Notes: generated from the sequence alone by a model not told the origin. 64,000 nt of DNA from Candidatus Krumholzibacteriota bacterium (GCA_963764625.1 CAVXTH010000006.1:640001-704000); one strand, 5' to 3'; positions 33,978 through 43,872 are shown, counted from the stretch's first letter. Made by a program: numbers and translations.

Positions 33978-35843
33978 ATGTGCGGAATTGCTGGGCGCTA
34001 TCTGACAGCCTCTGTCGAGCGAGATCCCGGAGCGGAAGAGACTCTTCTTCAGAAGATGTCCCAAGCCCTCAAACATCGTGGACCGGACGATTCTGGAGTC
34101 GCGTGGAACAGGGGAGTGGGACTTGCGTTCGCGCGGCTCTCCATCATCGATCTGAGTGGTGGCCATCAGCCGATGGAGTATGCAGATGGCCGCTATGCGA
34201 TCGTATTCAACGGTGAGATCTACAATTTCGAGCAGCTGAGGCGAGAACTCGAGGGCATGGGCTTCAGGTTTGCGACGAACAGCGACACCGAAGTACTTCT
34301 GGCTCTCTATGCAAAGCACGGTCGACAACTCTTGGACCGGCTCAACGGGATGTTCGCATTCGCAATTCACGATCGCGGCACCGGAGAGATCTTCCTGGCT
34401 CGTGATCGCCTGGGAATCAAGCCTCTGTACTACTCCCTGGGCCCGGCGGGCCTCTTCTTTTCCAGCGAAGTGAAGGCCCTGAGACTCTGTCCAGAAATCT
34501 CCCTGGAGCTGGATCCTCAAGCCCTGAGGGAGTATCTGAGCTACGGTCACATTCCTGCCCCCGGAACGGTTTATCGTTCCGTCCGAACTCTCCCGCCCGG
34601 TCACTGGCTGGTCTTCGACGGAAGTAGCTTCAAGATGGAGCGGTATTGGAGAGTCACTGCCAAGAGTTCACCCCATCGTTCACTTGCCGAGGCATCGGAG
34701 AGCCTATTCGAGCTACTCAAGGACTCAGTTCGACTCAGAATGATCTCCGATGTTCCGCTTGGAGCGTTTCTGAGTGGGGGCATAGATTCTGGATTGATCT
34801 CCAGTGTCATGAGTTTGCTCTCCGAGCGTCCGGTGCGAACCTTCAGCGTCGGCTTTGCGGAGGCAGATTTCGACGAAAGGGAAGCCGCGAGGAGAGTCGC
34901 GAGCAAGTATGGGACGGACCATCAGGAAATCGTCTGCACCGACGACATGCGAGACTTGGTGCCCATGATCGCGACCGCGTTTGATCAACCCTTCGCCGAC
35001 TCGTCTGCCCTGCCAACGTACCTCGTATGCCGTGAAGCTCGAAAATACGCGACGGTCGTTCTCTCGGGGGACGGCGGTGATGAGTGTTTCGCCGGATACA
35101 ATCGCCACAGCGTGTTCGCAGAGGGGGCAGGGGAACACGGTTTCAATCCGCTGCTGAAATGGGGCGCAGGGAAGTTGGCGGCACTGGTAGATCCCCTGAG
35201 TCGGGGTGCGCAGAGGCTTAACCGGGCGAGTCTCAACACTTCAGAATTACAACTCGATGGATTGACGCTCATCGATGGGCGGGTGAGGAATCGCCTTGCA
35301 GGTGATCGCCTGAGGAGAATCGGTCGTAGCAAAGAGTTTAGGGACCGATGGCTGGAGGAACAAGGTCGAGGGAATGCGGATCGTCTGCAAGCGATGCAGC
35401 TTCTCGAGTTCGAACTCTACCTGCCTGGTGACATTCTCGAGAAGGTTGACAAGATGAGCATGCTCAATTCTCTCGAGGTGCGAGTACCCTTCCTCGACCA
35501 TCGGATCGTGGAGTTCGGCCTATCCTTGTCCAGTGGCTTGAAGAACGATGGTCAGCGGGGAAAACTGATTCTGCGGGAGCTGGGGAAGACGCTTCTCCCC
35601 GCGGGGCATCTGGAGCGTCCCAAGGTGGGCTTTGCCATCCCCATCGACGAATGGATGCGCTCTGGATTGAGAGAATTGGTACAGGACAACTTGAGGCCTT
35701 CCCGCGTAGCCGAGGATGGATGGTTGAATCAGAGGATCGTCGACAAGATCATCGACCTGCAGAGGAGAGGCCGCCCTTGGGGTCCAGTGGTATGGACTCT
35801 GCTAGTCTTGGAGCTTTGGTATCGTTCGGTATCGAGCAATTAG
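33978..35843 (+). CDS. asnB: Asparagine synthase (glutamine-hydrolysing)-like amidotransferase, copy 2
   Basis: Motifs MCGIAG, HRGPD, NGEIYN, FLSGGIDS, SGDGGDE, RVPFLD. Confidence 0.92.
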   Translation: MCGIAGRYLTASVERDPGAEETLLQKMSQALKHRGPDDSGVAWNRGVGLAFARLSIIDLSGGHQPMEYADGRYAIVFNGEIYNFEQLRRELEGMGFRFATNSDTEVLLALYAKHGRQLLDRLNGMFAFAIHDRGTGEIFLARDRLGIKPLYYSLGPAGLFFSSEVKALRLCPEISLELDPQALREYLSYGHIPAPGTVYRSVRTLPPGHWLVFDGSSFKMERYWRVTAKSSPHRSLAEASESLFELLKDSVRLRMISDVPLGAFLSGGIDSGLISSVMSLLSERPVRTFSVGFAEADFDEREAARRVASKYGTDHQEIVCTDDMRDLVPMIATAFDQPFADSSALPTYLVCREARKYATVVLSGDGGDECFAGYNRHSVFAEGAGEHGFNPLLKWGAGKLAALVDPLSRGAQRLNRASLNTSELQLDGLTLIDGRVRNRLAGDRLRRIGRSKEFRDRWLEEQGRGNADRLQAMQLLEFELYLPGDILEKVDKMSMLNSLEVRVPFLDHRIVEFGLSLSSGLKNDGQRGKLILRELGKTLLPAGHLERPKVGFAIPIDEWMRSGLRELVQDNLRPSRVAEDGWLNQRIVDKIIDLQRRGRPWGPVVWTLLVLELWYRSVSSN

Positions 35844-35861
35844 AGTCATCAGGCGAGGACG

Positions 35862-36437
35862 ATGATGGGATTCAGAGATTGTTTCACGTTGGATCTCATG
35901 GCGAGGCAACCCAGATCGTATGGCTTCCGGGAATTGCTCCGGCGTCTGATCTACGAGCCGGGTTACCGGGTTGTGGTCTACTATCGCCTGTCTCAATGGT
36001 TTCTCTGCCTGCGGTGGCTGGGCCACCTGGGAAAGATGGCCTCTCAACTCATTCTGGTGCGAATCTCTAGAGTTCCAGGCGTGGAGATCAGAACTCCCGT
36101 ACCGATTGGTGAGGGGCTGCTCATTTACCACCCGCATGACGTCGTCATCGGTTCTGGGGCAAGGGTCGGTCGCAACGCAACGATCTACAACGGGGTTACT
36201 CTAGGCGCCAGGACTCGCATCGCCTTGGACGAAAACAAGGACGTTTCGAGTCGGTATCCGACGCTCGAGGACGACGTCACCGTATTTCCCGGGGCGAAAC
36301 TCGTAGGGCCAATCGTGATTGGAAAGGGCTCCATTGTCGCAGCGAATGCCGTCGTGACAGAGAGCTTTCCTCCGGGCAGTATCATCGGGGGAATACCCGC
36401 GAGGCTCCTCAAATCACTTGACCCGGAAGAGACGTAG
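35862..36437 (+). CDS. Serine O-acetyltransferase-like (CysE/WcaB-type) hexapeptide acetyltransferase
   Basis: IGEGLLIYHPHDVVIG, GVTLGA, YPTLEDDV, VAANAVV, GGIPAR. Confidence 0.85.
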   Translation: MMGFRDCFTLDLMARQPRSYGFRELLRRLIYEPGYRVVVYYRLSQWFLCLRWLGHLGKMASQLILVRISRVPGVEIRTPVPIGEGLLIYHPHDVVIGSGARVGRNATIYNGVTLGARTRIALDENKDVSSRYPTLEDDVTVFPGAKLVGPIVIGKGSIVAANAVVTESFPPGSIIGGIPARLLKSLDPEET

Positions 36438-36534
36438 TCGCACGTCCGGCCAACTCCATTCACGCTGCACATTTCCTTGACCAGGGGGACGCAGGGAATA
36501 TGCTACAATTTGGTATCCATCGAGGTACAAGAGC

Positions 36535-37461
36535 ATGCAGCGGTCAGAGCTAGAACTTCCGGGTGGTCAGACGATTCGTCAAGGTCAGCCGTTGGCGCCA
36601 TATACCACCTTTGGCATTGGCGGGCCGGCCGAGTGCCTCGTAGTCCCGGAAACGCTAGAGCAGTTTGCGGAGGCCTTGGCGTGGTCCAGAGAGCGAGGAA
36701 TATCTCTCACTCTGCTGGGTGGTGGCAGCAACGTTCTGATTGCGGATGAGGGTATCCCGGGGTTGACCATCCTGACCCGTCGTTTCAAAGCAATTCACCA
36801 GGTGTCCGAGGATACTCTTGACTGCGAGTGTGGTTGCTTTCTTCCCCATCTATCGCGCTTCGCGGAACGACTTGGCAGAGCTGGTTGGGAATTCATGGCT
36901 GCGATTCCCGGCACCGTAGGGGCAGCGGTACGGATCAACGCAGGATTGGGAAGTGGGGGCGAAATGGCCGACTGGCTCATCGGTGTCGAAGCGTTAGATC
37001 GCTCTGGAAGCAGACATGAGTTTTCCAAAGAGGATCTCGAATATGGCTACCGCCATTCGCTGCTACTTGGTCGAAGCGACCTCTTCGTCGTACAGGCCAG
37101 GCTGAAGTTGGGAAAAGAGGATTCTCCGGAGGGCATCGAGAAGAGGACAGTGGAACTACTGGCCCGGCGAAAGAGAAAAGCCCCGAAAAACCCCAGAAAT
37201 TGTGGAAGTGTCTTTCGAAAGACCGAAGATGGCATCCCCGCGGGACTCTTAATCGAGAAAGCGGGTTACAAGGGGCATCGAATGGGCCGGTGCCAGGTAT
37301 CCTCCGAGCACGCAAACTGGGTCGTGAACTTGGGGGGAGCAACCGCCGATGAAGTCAAGGCGTTGATTGCCGAGGTATCACGTGCGGTGGAGGAGGAACA
37401 CGGCGTTAGACTCCGTCGCGAAGTCGTGTACCTTCCAGAGGATCGCAAAGGAGACTCATGA
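36535..37461 (+). CDS. murB: UDP-N-acetylenolpyruvoylglucosamine reductase-like (MurB homolog)
   Basis: Motifs YTTFGIGGPA, GGGSNVL, IPGTVG...NAG, YGYRHS, GSVF, HAN, REV. Confidence 0.9.
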   Translation: MQRSELELPGGQTIRQGQPLAPYTTFGIGGPAECLVVPETLEQFAEALAWSRERGISLTLLGGGSNVLIADEGIPGLTILTRRFKAIHQVSEDTLDCECGCFLPHLSRFAERLGRAGWEFMAAIPGTVGAAVRINAGLGSGGEMADWLIGVEALDRSGSRHEFSKEDLEYGYRHSLLLGRSDLFVVQARLKLGKEDSPEGIEKRTVELLARRKRKAPKNPRNCGSVFRKTEDGIPAGLLIEKAGYKGHRMGRCQVSSEHANWVVNLGGATADEVKALIAEVSRAVEEEHGVRLRREVVYLPEDRKGDS

Positions 37462-38753
37462 GCGAAGCGTCGCCAGACTACCAAATCGTCGTCGAGCCCT
37501 CGCGCTTGGAAGGCGTGGTCGAACTCAGCGGTGCCAAGAACAGCGCGCTGAAATTGGTCGCCGCCTCGATCCTTACCGATGAGGCGCTTCATCTCGAGGG
37601 TTTCCCGTCCAAGCTTACCGACGTGAATGTGATGCTCGACATGGTCGGCACGCTCGGTAAGGAGGTGGCGAGAGGCGAGAAGACAGTGGGAATCCACGGA
37701 GTCTGCTCGAGTACTTCCATCGAGCCTCAGGCCAGATCTGTCCGCACGAGTTTGCTGCTTCTTGCTGCCCTCATTGCCCGCTACGGAGAGGGCGCGGTCC
37801 CCGTACCGGGAGGATGTCAGATCGGGGAACGAAAGTACGATCTCCATCAATTGGTGCTGGAGAGTCTTGGGGCCCGAATCTGGGAGGAGAATGGGCTGCT
37901 CTTGGGTTCCTCGAAGGGCCGCTTGAAAGGGGAGTCGATTCGTCTGCCGATACGTTCGACGGGCGCGACTGAAAGCGCATTGCTTGCCGGCTCCATCGCA
38001 GAGGGCACGACGACGATCTGGAACCCACATGTACGTCCCGAGGTCCTCGATCTCGTCTCTCTGCTCGAGAAGATGGGAGCACACATTCGTGTTTACGGCC
38101 AAGAGAGAATCGAGATTGAGGGCGTGGAGGGCCTTTACGGGGCTCGGCATCGCGTCATCGTCGACAACATGGAGGCGTTCACCTTCTTGGTAGCGGCAGC
38201 GGTGACCGATGGACACGTCGAAATCCTGGGATTTCCGACCCGTGACCTGGAAGTTCCTCTCATTTTCGCACGTGCCGCCGGGGTTCATCTCTACCAAGGT
38301 CGTGCGTCGCTCATCGTCAGCGGTGGTGAGCACTGGCCGGTGGAGATCAGTACCGGCCCCTATCCGGGGATCAATAGCGACATGCAGCCTCTTTTCGCCG
38401 TTCTTGGCTCGTGCGCCGTAGGGGAGAGCCGGATCACAGACCTTCGCTTTCCGGATCGCTTCGGATACGTTGCCGAACTCAAGCGCTTCGGTGGAGAGTA
38501 CAAAGTCGAAGGAAACCTCCTCACGATCAAAGGTGGAGCGGCACGAACTGGCGCTACGGTACGCGCTCTCGATCTGCGGTGTGGAGCGGCTCTGCTCACT
38601 GCGGGGATGGCCGCCAAAGGTGTCACACGGATACTGAATGCCCAGCAGATCGACCGTGGCTACGAGTATATCGTTGGAAAACTGCAAGGTCTCGGAGGAA
38701 TACTCCGCCGAGAGGATAGTACCAGCGAAGATCCGATGATCCTTCGTGACTGA
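37458..38753 (+). CDS. murA: UDP-N-acetylglucosamine 1-carboxyvinyltransferase-like (divergent MurA homolog)
   Basis: Motifs SGAKNSAL, PGGCQIGER, GATE, YPGINSDMQ, DLRCGAAL, IDRGYE; ATGA overlap with murB. Confidence 0.9.
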   Translation: MSEASPDYQIVVEPSRLEGVVELSGAKNSALKLVAASILTDEALHLEGFPSKLTDVNVMLDMVGTLGKEVARGEKTVGIHGVCSSTSIEPQARSVRTSLLLLAALIARYGEGAVPVPGGCQIGERKYDLHQLVLESLGARIWEENGLLLGSSKGRLKGESIRLPIRSTGATESALLAGSIAEGTTTIWNPHVRPEVLDLVSLLEKMGAHIRVYGQERIEIEGVEGLYGARHRVIVDNMEAFTFLVAAAVTDGHVEILGFPTRDLEVPLIFARAAGVHLYQGRASLIVSGGEHWPVEISTGPYPGINSDMQPLFAVLGSCAVGESRITDLRFPDRFGYVAELKRFGGEYKVEGNLLTIKGGAARTGATVRALDLRCGAALLTAGMAAKGVTRILNAQQIDRGYEYIVGKLQGLGGILRREDSTSEDPMILRD

Positions 38754-38768
38754 TGCCATGAGGGATTA

Positions 38769-40100
38769 ATGGTGTCGCGAATTCAGCCTTCAGCACTTCG
38801 CCACATTCTCGAGACCCTTGGTACCCAAATAGCGGTACTCGCGCTGGGTGTGGTGAGTGGAGTGATCGTAGCGCGTGTCCTGGGACCGGCTGGCCGAGGG
38901 CGATATGCTCTTCTCATGATGATACCGAGCCTCGCTTTCACGTTCGGCAATCTGGGGTTCGGAAGCGCAGGTACCTATTACCTGAATCGCGGAACCATTC
39001 CTCGGGGCCGCGTGGTCGGGTCCCTCTATTCAGTTGGCGTAGCTCTGGCGTTGGTCAGCGTGACTACGATTCTGGTCCTTCATCCATGGCGGATTTCGAT
39101 TTGGCAGGATATTCCGAGGAGTCAGGTTGTTCTGGCAGTCCTCGTGACGCCGTTTCTCTTCGTCCTGAATTTTTCGAGTCGTATCCTTCTCGGCATCGGA
39201 CGAATCCGCCAGATGAACCTGCTCAAACTGGTGCAGGCGGCATGTGGCGTCGCAGCGGTCGTCATCCTCGTCGGATTACTGAGGCGTGGCGTCACCGGAG
39301 CGGTCATCGCGTTTGCGGCCTCGGGCGTCATCGGCGCCGCATGGGGGCTGACGGCAGGATTGTCGTCGGTGAAGGGGGACCGTTCACCCTCACGTAAGTT
39401 CATCGTGAGGGGGCTGGGATATGGTCTACCGTCGTTCCTGATCCTTTTGGCCAACTATCTCAATCACAACTTCGACGTCCTGCTGGTGAAGCACTATTTG
39501 GACAACTCGAGTGTCGGTCTCTACACCCTCGTAGTCGCCTGGGTCGAGCGGCTCCTCTACTTGCCACAGTCAGTGGGCACGGTTCTGTTTCAACGGGTCG
39601 CCTCGGACGAGAGTAGTGGCGAGCGTCAGCTTGTTCTGAGGAGCGGGCGTCATTCCGTTGCAGTCGTCGCTTTCGGCTCGATCGTTCTCGGTGTGGTGGC
39701 GCATGTCTTGATCGCCGGGCTGTATGGATCTGAATACATCGGCTCCGTCCCTGCGCTCTACAGCTTGCTCCCTGGCGTGGTGATGCTCTCTCTGTTTCAG
39801 ATCTACGCTGTTGCCTTGGCTGCGGATGGATACCCAAAGATCGGGGCGATCGGTTCGGCCGTTTCGTTTGGCGTTAACTATGGCCTGGATACGATCATGA
39901 TTCCGCGCATGGGCATTCTCGGCGCGGGAATCGCGACCTCGGTTTCCTATTCTCTGATGGCCTTCATCGTCCTGTTCGCGTACAAGAAAAGGTACGGTGT
40001 TACTTTCGGGGAAATGGTGTTTCTCCGAAAGACGGAGGCTCAGGAGTCCTTCCGGCGTTTGGTCGCCCATGTCAAAACTCCTGGGCGAGGCAGAAAATGA
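38769..40100 (+). CDS. wzx: Wzx-type oligosaccharide flippase (2)
   Basis: ARVLGPAGRGRY, DVLLV...VGLY, IPRMGILGAGIATSVSY; about 12 TM. Confidence 0.9.
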   Translation: MVSRIQPSALRHILETLGTQIAVLALGVVSGVIVARVLGPAGRGRYALLMMIPSLAFTFGNLGFGSAGTYYLNRGTIPRGRVVGSLYSVGVALALVSVTTILVLHPWRISIWQDIPRSQVVLAVLVTPFLFVLNFSSRILLGIGRIRQMNLLKLVQAACGVAAVVILVGLLRRGVTGAVIAFAASGVIGAAWGLTAGLSSVKGDRSPSRKFIVRGLGYGLPSFLILLANYLNHNFDVLLVKHYLDNSSVGLYTLVVAWVERLLYLPQSVGTVLFQRVASDESSGERQLVLRSGRHSVAVVAFGSIVLGVVAHVLIAGLYGSEYIGSVPALYSLLPGVVMLSLFQIYAVALAADGYPKIGAIGSAVSFGVNYGLDTIMIPRMGILGAGIATSVSYSLMAFIVLFAYKKRYGVTFGEMVFLRKTEAQESFRRLVAHVKTPGRGRK

Positions 40101-42541
40101 GAGCGCCTAAAGACGTCCTCAGTCGGGCGCTGTTGCTCGCCCCGCTGGCAGTGGCAGTAGCTCTACCTCAGACGGTCGGCGTTCTGTCTGTTTCCGCTGG
40201 CTGGCTTCTTCTGGTAGTACTGCCCGGGAATGGCTTCCTCCGCCTTTTCCCCATCACATTGCTTCGAGATGGTGACAACCTGGGGTTGCTCGATGCGTGG
40301 TTCGAATCGACCGTCGTGGGGGTCATGTGTCTGTCGCTTTGGCTCAGCCTTGCCGACATGGCGAGCATTCCCTTGGTCTATGCCGTGACCGTATTTGGTG
40401 GATTGGGCGTGGCCCTCTGGCTGACCAAAGGAACGTTTGGAACTCTGGTCCCTTCGCGGATCGGTTGGGAATACGTGCTCGTGGTGTCGCTGATTGCGCT
40501 CGGCACGGTGCGTGCCGTTCTTCTTTCCCGTGCGAATCCAGGTGGTACCGACGTGCTGGCGCACCTCGACGGCGTGCGGCAAGTGGTTGCGACGGGAGAG
40601 GTCTTCCCACACATGCCGAGAATCGATGGAATGGCGGGACTCAGACCCGACCCTCGGTTTGGAACGTGGCACGGGATGCTCGCCGGCATCTGGAAGCTAG
40701 CCGGGGGACCACTCTGGAGCACATGGGCATGGGTGGGAATTTGGATGATTGGGCCGATTCTAATCGCGATGGAGAGAGTCGCGCGGGCCATCTTTCGAAG
40801 CGCCGCTGCCGGCGCCGTCTGCTTGTTTGTGTATCTCCTGCTGATGCCAAGAGTGGAAGCGGACCTATTCTCAATCGCCGCGCTACCATCAGTAGTGGCA
40901 CGGAGCGTTGTCGGTTTCATCGTGCTTTGGCTCTGGCGCGGCCTCGACGAAAGCAAGTCGTTCCAGTGGAATTGGGGTCTCGTTGTACTCGCTGCGGGTC
41001 TTTCACTGTTCCGTTTGGACTACTACATGATGGTGGGCGGCGTGATCGGGATTCTCGCCTGTGTGGGCGCGTGCGGACTGGGGGGAGAGATTCGGTGGCT
41101 CTGGAGCAGGAGACTTGGCATCTGGGTTCTGAGTGGGCTTCCCTTTCTGATCTACAAGTACTGGCTGTCCCTTCCTACACCTCCTGGCTACATGTCACGG
41201 CATCTTGCGGGAGCATTGCTCCTCGGGGGCAAATGGTGGATGACCGATGTCTTCCAGGTTGGTCCTCTCGTCGGCGTTTTGTGGCTCTTGGGCATCATCT
41301 GGCTGGCCAAGGAGCGGGCAGCCCTGGACCAAAAAACGTGGCTTCTGCTCAGCGTCCTCTGCCTGGGAGCCGTTCAGGCATTCAATCCGCTGTTCTGCCG
41401 CGTACTCGAACCACTCGTGAGTGCCCCGTATATAATGCGGCTCGTGAAGCTGTTTCCGATCTACCTCCTCGTCACGGGAATGGTACTCGGCCTCACTCGA
41501 AGAACGGTGGGAGGGGAGAGAACCCACGGCGGCGTTCTGATGGGCTTCCTAACTCTGATCCTGGTTCTGCTCGCCAGCAACAGTAGCCTGAGGAATTGGA
41601 GCGCTTCGTTTCACGATCGGAAAGCAGACCATAGTTACGGAGTTGAACCTGGGATTCTCGAGTGGCTGCGAGCGCATGGAAATTCTGGAGTGATTGTCCT
41701 GGCCCACCCAAGCGTGGGCTATGCAATCGCCGGTTTGACGGATCTGTCGATCGTAGCCGCGCCGCCCAGCCATGCTTCACCGTGGGTGATTGATGCGCGT
41801 CAGCGAGAACGGGACGCAGATCGGACGCTCAGCCAGTGTACTTCCCTGCAGGAGCGGCGAAGAATACTCGAGAAATATCAGGCACAGTGGGTTTGCTTCA
41901 AGGAGGAGAAGGGAACGGCAGAGGACTGGGGTAGCGCGAGAGTACTGCATGAAGAGAACGGCTGGAAGCTGCTCGATGTTCCCCCCAAGCGGGAGAACCT
42001 TGAGAGCCCGGAGGATGACTGCAGCGTCGAGTTTCCCTCGAACCCATCGCATGGGCGGATCCTGTCGGTCGGAGATGAGATAGATGCTCTCATTGACTGG
42101 CCGGACACCGTGAGAGTCACCCAAGGTTCGACCACGACGCTTCCCCTCATATGGAAAGCAGAGGCACCCATTCCCGATCGCAAGATATGGGTGCTCAGGT
42201 TCGATCAGGACTATCCGCACGGGTTGCTGTATTGGAAGAGTTGGAGCAAGCCGTATCGCAAGTTGCAGGAGAACTTGAGTGGAGGTCGATATCGCTTTCG
42301 TGTCGAGGGGAGGCCTTGCAATGACCGACCCTCCGTCTTTTCCTGGGTGCCAAGCCAAGGGTACAGAGATGAGCTCGAGGTAACCGTTCCACATGACGTT
42401 CACAGAGGAATCTATCGCGTCGAACTGCGAATCCGTCCTTTCCAGTTCATGCAGAGCTACCACCCCGGTGATTACTTGAGTGATCACGATCTGTGGAGCG
42501 GTGTAGATTGCGGTACCGTCCTTCTGGTGGGAGGGCCTTGA
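40097..42541 (+). CDS. Large polytopic membrane protein, putative GT-C-fold glycosyltransferase (paralog B)
   Basis: More than 12 TM; motifs TDVLAH, PDPRFG, SHASP, SKPYRKL, DYLSD shared with 14165..16618; ATGA overlap with wzx. Confidence 0.6.
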   Translation: MRAPKDVLSRALLLAPLAVAVALPQTVGVLSVSAGWLLLVVLPGNGFLRLFPITLLRDGDNLGLLDAWFESTVVGVMCLSLWLSLADMASIPLVYAVTVFGGLGVALWLTKGTFGTLVPSRIGWEYVLVVSLIALGTVRAVLLSRANPGGTDVLAHLDGVRQVVATGEVFPHMPRIDGMAGLRPDPRFGTWHGMLAGIWKLAGGPLWSTWAWVGIWMIGPILIAMERVARAIFRSAAAGAVCLFVYLLLMPRVEADLFSIAALPSVVARSVVGFIVLWLWRGLDESKSFQWNWGLVVLAAGLSLFRLDYYMMVGGVIGILACVGACGLGGEIRWLWSRRLGIWVLSGLPFLIYKYWLSLPTPPGYMSRHLAGALLLGGKWWMTDVFQVGPLVGVLWLLGIIWLAKERAALDQKTWLLLSVLCLGAVQAFNPLFCRVLEPLVSAPYIMRLVKLFPIYLLVTGMVLGLTRRTVGGERTHGGVLMGFLTLILVLLASNSSLRNWSASFHDRKADHSYGVEPGILEWLRAHGNSGVIVLAHPSVGYAIAGLTDLSIVAAPPSHASPWVIDARQRERDADRTLSQCTSLQERRRILEKYQAQWVCFKEEKGTAEDWGSARVLHEENGWKLLDVPPKRENLESPEDDCSVEFPSNPSHGRILSVGDEIDALIDWPDTVRVTQGSTTTLPLIWKAEAPIPDRKIWVLRFDQDYPHGLLYWKSWSKPYRKLQENLSGGRYRFRVEGRPCNDRPSVFSWVPSQGYRDELEVTVPHDVHRGIYRVELRIRPFQFMQSYHPGDYLSDHDLWSGVDCGTVLLVGGP

Positions 42542-42542
42542 C

Positions 42543-43826
42543 GTGAGCGGGTCGCTTAGGATCCTCATCCATTTGGATTTCCTGGGACTTGGCGGACACA
42601 TGCTTTCCACCATCAGTCTCGCCAGTGCACTCCAGCGGCGAGGGCATGAAGTGCTCGTGGCAGGAGAGCTCGGACCCCTGCGCCAGAAACTCGAAGACTC
42701 ACATCTCCGTTTCGTGCGCCTCCCACTCGGGCTGGATCCCATCCCTTCGATGCCGGTGTTCGACCCGCCAAATGGGGAGAGCATTGCTTCAGGATTGTCG
42801 GAGTTGGCAGTCAGCTGGAAGGCCAACGTCGTCCATGCGTTCCATCCTTATAACTTGCCCGCGGCACGGAGGGCTGCGCTTGCCGCGGACATTCCTTCCT
42901 TTCTTACCATCTGTGGGGGCAGACCGCAGTTCTCCCTTCCTGAAGGCCAGAGTGAGACGATCGTGTTCAGCGAGGAGTTGCGTGATGCCTATGTGCAAGC
43001 CGGCATCGTTGCCGAGGACAGAATTCATGTAGTGGAAAATCGCCTTCCGATTGCCGAATTGACGAGGGGACCCTGGAACCTCGAACCAGATCTCGAGGAA
43101 CGAATGCTACCGAATAGCCGAAGGATTCTCATGATCGGCCGTCTTGAAGAGGCGAAGATGAGCGGGACGTTACACGTCGTAGAGGCGATCTCGCGACTGC
43201 GAGAGAAGGTGGCCAATGTGCAGCTGCTCCTTGTGGGAGTAGGACCCGGCAGCCGTTCCGTGAGGGCTCGCGCGGCGGAACTCGGTCTCAGCGCGGAAAG
43301 CGGCGGATTCGTGGAGTATGGAAGAGTCTACGATGCCTACCGTCTGATCCCGCATGCCGACGTCTGCGCCGGCGTGGGAAGGAGTATTTTCGAGGCAATG
43401 GCGATCGGTCGGCCGTGCGTAATCGTGGGTGCGAACGGTTTCGCCGGCGTCGTTTCACCGGAGTGGATCGAACAAATCTCCTATTTCAACTTCTCAGGAC
43501 GAAATGCCACCAGTCCATCTACGGTACAGGCCCTTACAGACGCATTTGAAGAGCTACTTTCCAGAAAGCAGCTGTCAGAAGAACTGGTAGCCTTTGGACG
43601 TGATTACGCCGCGAAACGGCTGGATGTAGAAGTGGGTGCCGCGAAGTACGAGAAAACATACATGAACGCGCTGCGACAATGGGAGGAGGGAACGATACCG
43701 CGGGACAGAGTTCAGGCCATAGCGGACTACCGTAGGCAGCTACGCAAAAAGAGAGATGCCGCCCGCCGCGGAATGATCTTGAGACGAGCCTACCATGGCA
43801 TCACAAAGCTCCTGCACATTCGCTAG
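42543..43826 (+). CDS. Glycosyltransferase family 4-like (atypical acidic motif)
   Basis: LGGH...RRGHEV, IGRLE, LVGVG, GVGRSIFEAMAIGRP. Confidence 0.82.
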   Translation: MSGSLRILIHLDFLGLGGHMLSTISLASALQRRGHEVLVAGELGPLRQKLEDSHLRFVRLPLGLDPIPSMPVFDPPNGESIASGLSELAVSWKANVVHAFHPYNLPAARRAALAADIPSFLTICGGRPQFSLPEGQSETIVFSEELRDAYVQAGIVAEDRIHVVENRLPIAELTRGPWNLEPDLEERMLPNSRRILMIGRLEEAKMSGTLHVVEAISRLREKVANVQLLLVGVGPGSRSVRARAAELGLSAESGGFVEYGRVYDAYRLIPHADVCAGVGRSIFEAMAIGRPCVIVGANGFAGVVSPEWIEQISYFNFSGRNATSPSTVQALTDAFEELLSRKQLSEELVAFGRDYAAKRLDVEVGAAKYEKTYMNALRQWEEGTIPRDRVQAIADYRRQLRKKRDAARRGMILRRAYHGITKLLHIR

Positions 43827-43872
43827 CGAGCAGAAGTACGAGTTTCGTGGGGCGATTCGCACAAGGAACGAC

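Noticed and set aside
37266-38759. 497-aa minus-strand ORF
   Set aside because: Antisense shadow of murA with no recognisable motifs; such ORFs are expected in GC-rich DNA.
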